Shown here in pieces: positions 43,383 through 58,700 of a DNA stretch of 64,000 bases; positions within the stretch are counted from its first letter, which is position 1; every line of letters starts with the position of its first letter. The DNA is from Eledone cirrhosa. Taxonomy: Eukaryota. The position numbers were made by a program, and so were the translations under genes. The notes under the pieces are model-generated. The model did no database searches. It saw only the letters and a program-made list of their open reading frames with translations, and was not told the origin of the DNA. The stretch spans positions 129,952,001 through 130,016,000 of the forward strand of contig OZ024740.1 of NCBI GenBank assembly GCA_964016885.1. The letters are read 5' to 3'.

Positions 43383-43515
43383 GTGAGGTTTTTTTTACAA
43401 AATGAAAAATAAGCGAGGTGTCCTACACGAGTGAAAGTATAAAGAAAAAGAGATGAAATCGAAGATGCAACTGGAGTCTTATTTTTAAAAAAAATATATA
43501 TTTTTTTATTTCGTT

Positions 43516-43553
43516 CCTTTACCGGTTTCGCAGTTCTTCTGCTTTTGAAAAGG
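43516..43553 (-). ncRNA. Family A hammerhead with G5>C (probably inactive)
   Basis: Reverse-complement core is TTCAAAA; the rest is identical to 44064-44101. Confidence 0.55.
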
Positions 43554-44063
43554 TGAGTTGAGATGGAGGCACACATATCTTTACTTTCTTTATTCAATAG
43601 AAAATCTGAATTCTGACACCCCAGCAAACTAACCATATTCACTGAACCAGAACAGTTCTCCCATCCCTTTCTCTTGACCTTTATCCTTTTATAAAAAAAT
43701 TCTCTAAAAAGGCTAGAGAATGGATTTCCAAATAAGGGCACAAAAATTTAATGAAAATTTGTTCACGTGACAGCCATAATTTCATTTATAACCAACCAAA
43801 AAAAGCCATCGTGAGCCTCCTTTTTTCAAGTAAAAAGAAATTCAAACACTCATATATGAAAAAACAACCTGTGACAACCCCCCCTCTTATTTGAAGAACT
43901 ATTGTAACGCGAATTGGCGCGAAATTTATTATAATTATTGACAAACCAATCAAATTACTTCTCGAAAAACTTGGCATTTCGAGCCACTTTTTCCATATAA
44001 AACAAGTAACATTCAGAGACCAACCGGATGTGATTAAAACCACAGACCCTCCATCTCAACTCA

Positions 44064-44101
44064 CCTTTTGAAAAGCAGAAGAACTGCGAAACCGGTAAAG
44101 G
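44064..44101 (+). ncRNA. Minimal hammerhead, U3-A8 variant, 166 nt upstream of the ATG
   Basis: CCTT-TTGAAAA-GCAG aagaa CTGC-GAAA-CCGG-TA-AAGG. Confidence 0.72.
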
Positions 44102-44267
44102 AACGAAATAAATATATATATTTAAAAAAAAAATAAGACTCCAGTTGCATTTTCGATTCCATCTCTTTTTCTTTATACTTTCACTCGTGTGGGACACCTC
44201 GGTTATTTTTCATTTTGTTTAAAAAAACCTCACTTTCTAATATATACCCACCACACGAAGACCGAAA

Positions 44268-47200
44268 ATGCCACCAAAGTCTCAACAAAACAACAACTCA
44301 CTGAACCTGGACATATTAAATGAACTCAAAGAGATTTCCTCTAAACTCTCAATTTTGACCAACAAAGTGGACCAAATACACACCTATAAAAAAGGACCCT
44401 ACGAAGAAACAGAAAATGCCCAAGAGAGGAATATTACTCCAGTATTAACTAAGCTAATCGAAACCATTGAAACAGCAATGCTCCAAAAGCTGGAACAACC
44501 CTTAGAACCCAATCTACGAGATGTCCACTCAGTGAAAAACACCCTAATCAACATATGGACTCAAAAGCTCACAGCCCGCAAGTTCGCCCTTTGGAATCTC
44601 CTAAAAAATAATGGCAAGGCAGACATATATGAAAAGTGGCTAAACTCTACCCCAATCATCCTCCCCAAAAAACTACAAATAAAACCCTTCCCAAATGAAC
44701 CAAAAAACCAACAAAGTCTTAGGGAAAAGATGGCATTGTAAAAATTTAAAACAGAAATAGAACTGTTGCGATTAAGAGCCAACTCCAACGAAGAAAAATT
44801 CAATTCACTCGACCAACAGATGGACACAGAAATCTCAAAACACTCTGAAGGCGTACTCTACAAAAAAACCTTAAGACTTTGGAAAGAAAACTGTGAGGAT
44901 GAAGAACTAACATCCCTCCAGCGATGGGAAAGAAACGCCACCTGGTTCAACAACTACGAAATGGATTTCAAAAATGAACAACATACAGGTAACCAATTTT
45001 TAAAACAAACTAAAACTTACACACCACATGCACAACAAATAACAAAAAAAGTAACAAAACGTCCAACACCCCCAGCAAAACTATAACGATAATCCCAGAA
45101 ACCATAGACAAAACTATAACCCTTACTAACAAAAACCAAAGATCCCCGAACACAAGGCAGGACCTGATCCGCAGATCACAACCTACACAAAACCTATTCC
45201 AAAACCGTAGACCCCTGCCCACACAGAGCCTGTTCCAAAACCGTAGATCCCAACCCACACAAAGGAACCAAATCTACAACCCGGACAAGCAACAAACCGA
45301 ACCTCGATACGTCCGAAATTTCTATACAAGACCACACAACAATAGGGGAAATACCATTAGATATAATAATACCAATGAAAAAACATTCCCGAAAAATCAT
45401 TTTTTAGACCAAGGCTACAGGACTCACGACACCCGGTGGCACAAACCGATTTTGAAAAACCGAAAATAATTAACATTTCAAATACAAACCTCTCAGCCCA
45501 ACAAGTAAAAGTTCTCTCCAAAGGTCTGAAATTCACACCAACACCACAATACCCTAACCCCAACGAGATAAATGACGATATCTCACACTTCTGTAGAAAA
45601 TTACGTCTCACAGAGGAATTCTTTGACAAGGACAATAACGACGAATCAATTGTACGGAATAAAAGCACCTACAACCCAACAAAAGGTAGAAACAGAGTTC
45701 GTGTCAAATTTTGTGACCACATAGCTACCTTCCCATACCATGAACTACCGCAACCTAAACCCAAACCCAACACGAGTCGAAGGGAATGGGAGATTATCCA
45801 TGAACTAAAAAACAATACGGACATTATAATTAAGGAAACGGACAAGGGATGTACTGTTGTCATTATGGAGGCTGACAAATATAAAAATTCTAAGTTCTCT
45901 CTCTTACAAAATACCAATTACTATGAAAGAGTAAAAAACTACTAGCAATCAAAAATAATGTCCAAATTAAACACACTGATTTATCGATACCAGGAAGACC
46001 TAACTAAAAAGGAACGCGATTATTTAACAAATTTTGAATACAAAACCAGCAACCTTTACGGACTTCCGAAGATCCACAAGTGTAAAATAATCAACGATGC
46101 CTGTAAACAATCCACCTCTGCCTGCGTGAACACACAATACCCCACATACCTTAAATTAAGACCAATTGTAGCGGGACCACAATGTGAAACACACAGATTG
46201 AGCAACTTTATAGACATACTACTTAAACCAATACTGAAACACATACCAAGCCTTGTAAGAGACGATCTGGATTTCTTAAACCACCTCCCCAAACATGTCA
46301 ACAACGACACTATGATTGAGTCTTTCGATGTAGTGAATCTCTACACAACGATCCCACACCAATACGGACTAGAAGCAATAGGATTATGGCTAGAGAAATA
46401 TCCCAATGAGATACCTGACAGAATAGAAAAAAGCTTCATCACCGAGGGATTAAAATTGATCCTACAGAACAACTTTTTTGATTTCGATGGCAATACTTAC
46501 AAGCAAATATCGGGGACTGCGATGGGTACAAAAGCCGCTCCAACTTATGCCAACTTAATCATGGCATACTTAGAAGTCCAGATATATGAACAGTCCAAAT
46601 CAAAATACGGATAGACCTTCCACAAATATTTATCAGAGAATTGGAAACGCTACTTGGATGATTGCCTCATTCTTTGGTCCCACACACTCGACCAACTGAA
46701 GGATTTCAAAAACTTAATAAACGGCATCAATAACCACATCCAATTCATAATGGAATACAGCCAAGATCAACTCCCATTTCTGGACATCTTAATCTTAAAA
46801 AAAGACACAAATATCGAAACTGACATACACTACAAACCAACAGATTCCAAACTATATCTGCTATTCACCTCCAACCATCCAAAGCACACGAAGACGAACA
46901 TTCCTTTTAACCTAGCAAGAATAATTTGCACCAATGTCTCCAATTATGAAACGCGAAATAAAAGACTTCAAGAATTAAATGAAATTCTACTCGACAGAGA
47001 GTACCCACTATTACTAATAAATAATGGAATAGAAAGGGCTAAAGCAATAGGCATTGATGAATTACGGAAACAGAAACAAATTCAAGGTACGTCCAATATT
47101 CTATCATATCTCAACACACAACCCAAGAAATGCGGAAGCTTACAACACTATTCACAATAACATCCCACTACTAAAACAAAACCCAAGAATGAAAAAAGCC

Positions 47201-47702
47201 CTTGAAACACAAAATAATCAAAAGCAAAAGACAACCAAAATCACTGAAAACATTACTCACCAATGCCAAATTACCTACCACAAACCCACAACCAAGTATC
47301 AAAAAATGTGGTCGCTCTAATTGTGGAACCTGCACTCACCTCATTGAAGGCAACACGTATACATTTAAATCAGGACAACATTTTACTGTAAAAAATCACT
47401 TCACTTGCTCATCAAAAAATCGACTTTATGCCATTAAATGTAAAGGATGCAATGAAGATTATATAGGACAAACTAAACTCACACTCAGAAACAGAATGAC
47501 AGTTCATCGCCAACAATTACGAGATCCAACCACGAGACAGATACCGCTAAGTGCACATCTAGACATTTGCGCAAGTAATAAGACACCCAAATTCCAAGTC
47601 TTCCCATTTTACCTTTGCGCTAACAATACAACAGAACAAATGCGACTAAATAAGGAAAATATGTTTATTCAAAAATATAGACCAACATTAAATAAGGTTT
47701 AA
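44268..47702 (+). pseudogene. Neptune-like PLE polyprotein (about 1140 aa; N-terminal region, RT, Cys linker, GIY-YIG), disrupted
   Basis: Motifs LSKGLKFTPT, LYGLPKIHK, RPIV, SFDVVNLYT, GTAMGTKAAPTYAN, WKRYLDD, LPFLD, CGRSNCGTC and LYAIKC..C..DYIGQT..LRNRM..H. Stops at 44739, 45943 and 46612, plus several frameshifts. Confidence 0.95.
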
Positions 47703-49076
47703 TATACATTATGTCAACACCATAATATGACATACACACACACACATAACACCTTCTACTTTAGAACATAAAAACCCGAACTAAATAAACCTTAACATAC
47801 GTTTGCAGTGACAATACGAATGAGTACGGAAAATATGTTCATTCAAAAATATTTCCACTAAAGGAATCACTTTCCTACACACACACATACACACACACAA
47901 TATATATATATATATTCTCTTCATCGTAACATGCTAACCATACTCCCACACACATAACACCCATACACACACACATAACGACCCCCACACCCACAACTCC
48001 CTTCCCATTTCTACTAATAGAACCACTTTCCTACACACATATATATACACACACACAACATATATATTCTCTCCATCTTAACATACTCGCACACACACAC
48101 ATAACCCCCATATACACACACACACAACTCCCTCCCCCTTTTCTACTAATAGAATCATCTTCCAATACACACATACACACATACACACACATACACACAC
48201 ACAAGCACACAAATAAACATACATATCTTCACTTCAATAGAAAATCTGAACTCTGACACCCCAGCGAACTAACCATATTCACTGAACCAGAACAATCCCT
48301 TTTCTCTTGACCACTATCTGTCCATTGTCATAACATTCGCTATAAAGACTATAGAATAGTTTTCCAAATAAGGGCGCAAAAATGTAATGAAAACTTGTTC
48401 ACGTGACAGCCAAATTTCATTTATAACCAATCAAATCACGTTTATTAAAAAAAGACTTCGTGAGCCACTTTTTTCTAAAGTAAAGAAATTCAAACACACA
48501 CACACACACACGCACACACACACACACACGCACACAAATAAACACACATATCTTTACTTTCTTTATTCAATAGAAAATCTGAATTCTGACACCCCAGCGA
48601 ACTAACCATATTCACTGAACCAGAACAATTCTCCCATCCCTTTCTCTTGACCATTATCTTTTTATCTAAAAAAATTCTCTGAAAAGGCTAGAGAATGGAT
48701 TTCCAAATAAGGGCACAAAAATTTAATGAAAATTTGTTCACGTGACAGCCATAATTTCATTTATAACCAACCCAAAAAAAGCCTTCGTGAGCCTCCTTTT
48801 TTCAAGTAAAATGAAATTCAAACACTCATATATGAAAAAAACAACCCGTGACAACACGCCCCCCCTCTTATTTGAAGAACTATTGTAACACGAATTGGCG
48901 CGAAATTTATTATAATTATTGACAAACCAATCAAATTACTTCTCGAAAAACATGGCATTTCGAGCCACTTTTTCCATATAAAACAAGTAACATTCAGAGA
49001 CCAACCAGATGTGAGAAAAACCACAGACCCTCCATCTCAACTCACCTCGATTTCATTTTCGATTTCATCTCTTTTC

Positions 49077-49160
<84 letters not shown>

Positions 49161-49222
49161 TTATTTATACATATGTACATATACATATATACATGCGAGT
49201 TTGACTTACTACCCTGAGAGCG

Positions 49223-49253
<31 letters not shown>

Positions 49254-49564
49254 TCTCTCTATCTCACTCTCCCTCTCTCTCTCTCTCTATATATATACAC
49301 ACTTTTCCTTTGGTTGCTGTTACTTTCTGACCCGAAAACCAATTATGTAGTGTTAGGTGTGTTAATTTGTTTTGATGACCACATGTAATTTGTGAGATAA
49401 ACCAATTATTTTGTGAAGGTTATAGGTTTGTATGATGGACGTTAAATCGCTGATCATATTGATATACTGTCCATTGCCCAGATGTATTTGATCAATGTTT
49501 GCCACCTCACTACCAAATATACGAAACATGTATACTTCATCTGTTTAACTCAAGTTAGCATTTG

Positions 49565-50236
<672 letters not shown>

Positions 50237-50319
50237 GTGGATATGGCGCATGTCTCTCTAACATGGTACCCTTAATTTAATTTTGGATATATATATATAT
50301 ATATAAATATCAGTAGGCG

Positions 50320-50815
<496 letters not shown>

Positions 50816-50839
50816 TTTATATACATATTTCTCTTTCTT

Positions 50840-50895
<56 letters not shown>

Positions 50896-51018
50896 AAAGT
50901 TCTATTTAAAATTGTTGGGATACAACAAGTAAATATGTTATAACTGATATAAAGCACTCGACAAGTTTTTGGAGTAGATATACGATATTAAATAAATGGA
51001 AACTATATTTATAAAACC

Positions 51019-51094
51019 ATATTTATTTCATTATACATATTTCAGGGATACTAAATTAAAACATGGTATGCCTTCATCAGACAAAATGCAATAT
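51019..51094 (-). ncRNA. Type-I hammerhead, intact core
   Basis: Inverted copy of 54790-54865. Confidence 0.75.
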
Positions 51095-51928
51095 ATAAAG
51101 AGTTTTATAAATAATGTTGACGTACCCTATTAGATGCGACCATTATTTTTGGAAGCTGTCTGGATAGTGAGATGTTTATAATTATTTTAATAGTTATAGT
51201 GTTAAGCACAGTTAGAAAAAAGACGGAGAGAAAGAAAAAAACGGAGAGAGAGAAGGAGAGAGAAAAAAGAAGGAGAGAGATAAAAGGAATGTATGCAGAA
51301 AAGAAAGATATATATGAATAGATAGGAGGAAATGAAAAAGAAAGAAAAAAGAAAGAAATAAGAAAGACAAAAGAAAGCAACAGAGAGATAATAATTCATC
51401 ATACAGATACAGAAACTCAAGAGAGAGGAAGTACTATATAGATAGAGGAGGACATAGTGACAACTTTATGTCATGTCATATTAAGTTGAATTAACAATTC
51501 ATATGAAATGAATAATAAAAATGTAAATATCAATATTCATGAATGAGACATAGATATATAATATGAGAAAATAACATTGTTCAATAATGACCATATGTTT
51601 AGTTTAAAACCTTGAGGTCAATATACCAAAATCTGAGTTAAAACCTTAAAAAAATACCCTATTTATAAAGATACGGATACACATATGTATATATATATAT
51701 ACGCATATGTACGTTCTGAAAAAAGAGAAAATTATGTCTACTCCAGTCAATAATATAGACATACAAATGATTTCACTTGATCACTTCTATACATTTCTTG
51801 TGTTATAAACATTTCACAGTATATATACATAAAAATACGATTAAGATTCGTGTTCTCATATATATGATTACCGTTCATGTATTTAATATTAGGCATATCT
51901 GCAACACACATCTACATATACACACACA

Positions 51929-53369
51929 TATTGCTAACTACTATTCATCTATCACTCCGAATCTACTGAATAAGGCACTAAATTACGCATTTAAACATAC
52001 CGACCTAACTAGCAATGAAATGCACATTATATTATCGGCAAGGAAAACATTGATAGAATTTAATAACCAACTATGGACTAGGGCAGATAGAGATAATAAT
52101 TTCGACATAACTAGGGGATCATCTGACTCAGCTCAGGTAACGGACCTTGTGGGCCTATTTACAATTAATTCGCTACATAGAAACATACCAGGTGTAACCG
52201 GAGGATTATATCGTGATAACATGCTTTTACTTATTGAAAATAATAGCTGTGAACTAAATAGAAAAAGAAAACAAATTATACAATTTTTTAATTACCTTAA
52301 TCTAAAAATAGAAATAGAGAATAACAATAGAATAGTCAATTTTCTGGATGTAACACTAAATCTCAACACATGTCTTCACTATCCATTTCACAAACTAAAT
52401 GAGAACTTGAATTATGTCAATTTTAACTCTAATCACCCCAGATATGTTAAAAATACTATAGTGAACTCTGTTCAAGAACGAATTTCAAGAATTTCATCTA
52501 ATAAAAATATTTTTGATGAAAAAGCGCAGTATTACAATGAAGCGTTAGCTAGAGCAGGATATAGAGATAAAATTAAATACATCGATAATAATAAGCAAAC
52601 TAACCAAAATAATAACAATTCTAATTATAGTAACAACTTTAACAACTATAATAGCAAACATTACAATAATTCCAAAAGTCGAAAAAGAAATAGAACTAGA
52701 AATATATTATGGTTTGCCCCCATTTCACACTAAATATTAAAACCCATATTGCTAAACTATTATTTAATGCTCTTGACAAACGCTTCCCTAGAACACATAA
52801 ACATCACTCAATTTTTAATAGACACACTATAAAATTAACTTGCTCGTCCACCAAAAATTTAGCACAAAATATTAACAGAATTAATAATAGGAATTTAAAA
52901 CCTAACCAAAATACCAATAATAACCCAAACAATATTCAATTAAATAACTGTAACTGTAGAAATAAATCTAACTGTCCGGTAAATAACAACTGCTTAGCTA
53001 AAAATGTAGTGTAACGTTAAAACTAATTTAAATTCTTTCAACTATGTTGGTTCCACCTCGACAGAATTTAAACTTCGCTTCAATAATCATAAGTATTATT
53101 TCATAGATCCAAACAAAAAATCCTCAACTTCGATATCTAGCCTACTCTGGCACCTTAAACGAGATAATGTTAAATATTCGATGATTTGGAATATTGTCTC
53201 AGAATGTATTCCTTTTAATTCCTCATCAGAGAGTTGTGATCTTTGTATAGAAGAAATATTCTTTATATTAAAGTCCAAAAATTCCCTTAATTTAAGGAGC
53301 AATTTATTCAGTTGCTGCAGACATAGATTGAACTCAACGTTTAAATATAAATATAAATTTAAAATGTAG
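51929..53369 (+). pseudogene. Naiad-like PLE RT + GIY-YIG, frameshifted
   Basis: Motifs IANYYSSI, GSSDSAQVTDLVG, GLYRDN, VNFLD, SNHP, CNCRNKSNCPVNNNCL, YVGST..FKLRFNNH and CDLCIEE. Confidence 0.9.
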
Positions 53370-54789
53370 TATAATTAAATAAGAAATTTAGTTAATATAT
53401 GAAACCTGACGATAAATCATTAGATTCCTTCACCTTTTTCTTTTTAAACTTTCTTCCTAAATATAAACAAGGATATAATAATCTACTCTAAAATGTATAT
53501 GCTCCCAATGTATTAAATAAAATTTACGTAAGATAAATTTCTATACTAAATATAAGGGCATCCGTAGAATCACTGGGTCTTCTAAATCTTTAAAATTATG
53601 TTTATGTTTTATTTGTTTTTTGACTCTGATAGCTTCTAATAACTTTCATATGTCTACCCTTGCAATATCTTGTTTGAGATATTGGTAGGATAGATTTCTA
53701 TAATAAATATATAAAACATATTATTTTAACTTGAGATACTCTATAGTGTGTTGAAGATATTTAATGCTTTGATATTTCTGTATTAATATATTGATATTTG
53801 ATTATCTCTATACAAAGGCCATTTGTGTGTATTAACATGCATATAAAAGGTTTATAGAGTTTATTTATGTTCGTATATATGTCTGTTTATATGCATAACG
53901 ATGCTGGAAAACTCACGCAGATATTTATGTATACATATGTGTGTGTATGTATGGTTGTGTGTGTATATGTAGATGTGTGTTGCAGATATGCATAATATTA
54001 AATACATGAACGGTAATCATATATATGAGGACATGAATATTAATCGTATTTTATGTATATATACTGTTAAATTTTTATAACACATGAAATGTATAGAAGT
54101 GTTCAAGTGAAATCATTTGTATGTCTATATTATTGACTGGAGTAGACATAATTTTCTCTTTTTTCAGAACGTACATATGCGTGTATATATATATACATAT
54201 GTGTATCCGTATTTTTATAAATAGTGTATTTTTTGAAGGTTTTAACTCAGATTTTGGTATATTGACCTCAAGGTTTTAAACTAAACATATGGTCATTATT
54301 GAACAATGTTATTTTCTCATATTATATAACTATGTCTCATTCATGAATATTGAAATTTACATTTTTATTATTCATTTCATATGAATTGTTAATTCAACTT
54401 AATATGACATGACATAAAGTTGTCACTATGTCCTCCTCTATCTATATAGTACTTCCTCTCTCTTGAGTTTCTCTATCTGTATGATGAATTATTATCTCTC
54501 TGTTGCTTTCTTTTGTCTTTCTTATTTCTTTCTTTTTTCTTTCTTTTTCATTTCCTCCTATCTATTCATATATATCTTTCTTTTCTGCATACATTCCTTT
54601 TCTCTCTCTCCTTCTTTTTTTCTCTCTCCTTCTCTCTCTCCGTTTTTTTCTTTCTCTCCGTCTTTGTTCTAACTGTGCTTAACACTATAACTAATAAAAT
54701 AATTATAAACATCTCACTATCCAGACAGCTTCCAAAAATAATGGTCGCATCTAATAGGGTACGTCAAAATTATTTATAAAACTGTTTAT

Positions 54790-54865
54790 ATATTGTATTT
54801 TGTCTGATGAAGGCATACCATATTTTAATCTGGTATCCCTGAAATATGTATAATGAAATAAATAT
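54790..54865 (+). ncRNA. Type-I hammerhead, intact core
   Basis: ATATTGTATTTTGT-CTGATGA-AGGCATACCA tattttaatc TGGTATCCCT-GAAA-TATGTA-TA-ATGAAATAAATAT. Confidence 0.78.
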
Positions 54866-54892
54866 GGTTTTATAAATATAGTTTCCATTTAT

Positions 54893-54954
<62 letters not shown>

Positions 54955-54964
54955 TATATTTATA

Positions 54965-57900
54965 TAACCAGATACAACTACTATCAAAAACCCAAGAACA
55001 ATTAACAGTGGCTAAATCATAGATACATTATGACTGAACGGAACAACAGAACTAGACTCCCCCATATCAACCACCAAATAAAATACTACCGTTCAGAAAA
55101 TTATCAACATTAAATGCTAGCAAACACAATATTTCACCACAAGAGGAACACCCCTACCTCAAATGGGAATTATTTTTTAGAACAAGGTGCCTCCCACCAA
55201 ATGAAAGGAAAAAATAAAAAAAAACACCACCATTTAAGTGACACCCGACGAGAAAACTCCAAGTGAACCAAAAATAATCAACAGATCTGCAAGAAAACTC
55301 ACACAACAGGAAATACAGATGCTAGAAAATGGACTGAAATTCACACCCACTCCAAAAGCAGATCAAGCCTAGCTTATAAAAGACACAGATTATGTTTATC
55401 AAAAATTACGTCTAGGAGAATTCTTCCATTGTGTAGAATACGAGGAGGAATCACTAGTAAGAAACAAAAAGAAATTCAGACCTCCGTTAAATAGAGACAA
55501 ACACCTGGAGGATAACATAACCTGCCTCTGACGATCGACACAGTCAAATATTGCAGAGACAAAAAGCAAACAGAACCACCCTATAGACCAACTGCAAGCA
55601 CAAAACAAACTACAAAAAGACGCCTCAATAATCCAAAAGAAGCGGCCAAAGGTGGCGCAATAATCATCATCGACAAAAACCACTACAAGTATATGGTCCT
55701 AGACATTTGAATAACGAGGATATTTACATAAAATTCAGCAAAAACGAAGAAACAAAATCGATGATTAAATTAAGCAAACTGACGACCAAGGATCAAAAGA
55801 ACCTCACACTAAAAGTATTCAATTACTTAACCAACTTCAAAATAAAAACCAGCAATCTCTATGGTTTACCGAAGGTTCACAAATCCAGAAAAATCCCAAA
55901 ACAACATAAAAGGCAAAAATACATCATATGTTGAATTACCAAAACAGACAGATTTAAAATTACGCCCAAATGTTGCTGGTCCAACCTCAAACGCACAACG
56001 TCTAAACAACCTATTAGAAATAATACTGAAACCCTTATGTAAAGTGCCAAGCTTCATCAGAGATGATATGGAATTCCTGAACTATATCCAGCAAAAAGTA
56101 CACCGAGAAACAATCTTAGTCAGGTTTGACGTAACAAGCTTATATACTAACATCCCACACGACTTAGCAGTTGAAGCTGTTGATTACAACACACTCAGAC
56201 TACATTTCAGAGAGATTCCCCAAAAAATTCATTTTCGAAGGACTCAAACTAATACTGGAGAACAATCACTTTCTTTTTGAATACGAACTATATTTACACA
56301 TAAAAGTGACGGCCATGGGCACCAAAGTCGCCCTAACATATGCAACACTTGTTATGGGCCACCTAGAGGCAAAATTACATTCCAAAGTGCAGGAAACATC
56401 AATCATGACTTCGCCACCTACATTAAACACAACTGGAAACACTACCTAGACGACTGCTTCATCTTCTGGAATAGAAGCCAAGAAAACCTGCAAAGATTCC
56501 ATTCCATCATAAACAATCTTCACGAAGAAATAAAATTCACCATGGAATGTAATAAAAAGGACCTACCGTTTCTGGATATCCTTATCATTAAGGAAGAGGA
56601 AAATATATCAAAACGGACTTAATTTCTAAACCAATAGACACACACCAATACTTGAATTTTCATTAGCATACCCATCACATAACAAAAGGAACATTCCTTT
56701 TAACATGGCAAGACGCATCTACACAATAGTAACACACCCCACACTACAGGAAAAAAGCTTATATGAATTAAAAGAGTTCCTTAAAAGACAAGAATATCCG
56801 GTGAACCTCATCAACACAGTCATCCCCAAAGCCCAGATCGTTCCAGTGACAACACTGACAAAATCAAAGCAACAAAATAGAATGGAAAATACAGTTATCC
56901 CTTTTGTCATTACCCGCAATCCAAGGAACTTCAACATTGTGAAAGCCGCCAAACAATATCTCTTGATTCTCAAGCAGTCTCCTAAAATGAATGCACTCAT
57001 AAAAGACGCACAAATTATATATAGTAGATGCAAAGCACCCAACATAAAAAGAAACTGCTTACCAATGTAAAATTTACGTCCAATAATGAAGCAATGCAAG
57101 TTTAGAAATGCGGGGACCCTCGATGCGGAACTTGCGAACTCATTGAAGAGGGTGGACAAAGCTCCTTTAAAAACAACCAGTCGTTCACAGATAATGCAAA
57201 CATGAATTGCAAATGCAAAAACGTGATTTATTGTGCATCAGGCCCACAACGTAAAGAATACTACATTGATGAAACCGGAACGGGTGTACAAGACAGAGTT
57301 CGAGTACATAAACGACAACATTAGAGACCCCTCTGTCATAAACACCACATGCATTGAACACTTCGCAACATGCGGAAAGGGAAATTTCACAATTTCCCCC
57401 TTCTTTAAGATATGGTCGGACAACGCACATTTCCGAAAATATAAAGAAGAATACTTTATTAGAAAATACAAACCACTGCTGAAGACAAAAAGTGATATTC
57501 CATCTTCCCCTCTCTTTTCTTTTAAAAAATCTCACGTTGAAAAAGAAAAATAGTTCATGACATCCGTACTTTCAAACATTCGATCGCTGAAGAGAACATT
57601 CCTCAGAGGTACAATAACATTTCATTAATTTCCTTTCCCCACACCAATGTATATGTGAACTTAAAAACTTGACTAGATGTGTGTATGTATATGTATGTGT
57701 GTGTATATGTATGTATGTATATATATATGTGTGTATGCATGTGTGTGTGTATGTGTATATACATGCGTATATACATGCGTATATATGTGTATGTATGTGT
57801 ATATATATATATGTATGTGTAATACGTGTGTGTGTATATATGTCTATATATATATATACATATATAAATACATATATATGTATGTGTGTGTATTTGTGTG

Positions 57901-58700
57901 TTGATATGTATGTGTATGTGCGTGTGAATGTATGTAATATATATGGACTGTGAATATATTTACATATAGGGAAGTGAATATGTGAGCTAGCATGCCCCCT
58001 CTCACTTCCTTTCCCAAACCAATTTCAACAACACATTTGACAAATGTTCCAAAACTATCCTTCTTTTCTCTTTTTACTGTTATCCCATTCTTATCAAAAG
58101 ACATGTATCTTACACCTCATTAAAACCCAGACAGGCACCTACATTCATTTTTGATATAGAAATGTGTAGAAGATATTATATATAAATTTAAGAGAGTTGA
58201 TTCAGCTATAAGAAACGAATGTGAAAAACACCTTGCCATTATATACTCATCAAAGTTCAGCTAATGAAATAAAACCAGCAGGAGGGGTTGTTTACAACCA
58301 CCATCTCAAACGCCCTTATCTTGCAACCTGACCATTTTCTGAGTGTATATATATCTATGCGTGTGTGTGTCTATATGTGTGTGTGCGCGTGTATGTGTGT
58401 GTGTATGCTTTGATTACTCCAAATCTTCATCAACACTCTTAACACCACACCTACACCCCAGACATATCCAAATCTCTCTTCTATGTAGAGACATATCTCA
58501 ACACAACCTGATCTCAGTTTGATAATCGCCACAGACGAATGAGAGGAAGTTCTCCAACAAAGTTAACCAGGAATCTTTAAAATTCTTCCCACCGAAATTA
58601 ACAAAGAACTTACTAGATCTACAAACTCATAATATTATAATATTATAAAATTAAATCAAATTATTTAAAACTAAAATATAAGTCATTCTTTTTCTTGATT
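54965..58700 (+). mobile_element. Older Neptune-like PLE (ORF remnant about 55230-57553; right boundary approximate)
   Basis: Motifs GLKFTPT, LYGLPKVHK, FDVTSLYTNIP, TAMGTKVA, YLDDCF, LPFLD, CGDPRCGTC, NVIYC and KEEYFIRKYKPLL, with many frameshifts. Confidence 0.88.

Larger units (their letters stand above)
43376..49082 (+). mobile_element. Near full-length Neptune-like PLE (family A)
   Basis: Order: (TA)n, inverted pLTR piece 43376-43569, direct pLTR 43570-44240, ORF, partial duplicate 48215-48495, direct pLTR 48543-49082, (TA)n. Confidence 0.92.
50893..54892 (+). mobile_element. 5'-truncated Naiad-like PLE with inverted pLTR (family D)
   Basis: Inverted arms about 50993-51928 / 53957-54892, plus a left extension of about 100 nt. 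(TA)n on both sides. Confidence 0.9.

Noticed and set aside
51777-51928. N-terminal 50 aa of the 318-aa ORF as a new RT fusion domain
   Set aside because: It is read-through from the inverted pLTR arm. RT similarity starts at the junction near 51929.
58510-58570. Hammerhead in the 3' region of the older Neptune-like element
   Set aside because: TTGATAA...GGAA-GTTC-TC is suggestive, but stem I does not form and the core has lesions.
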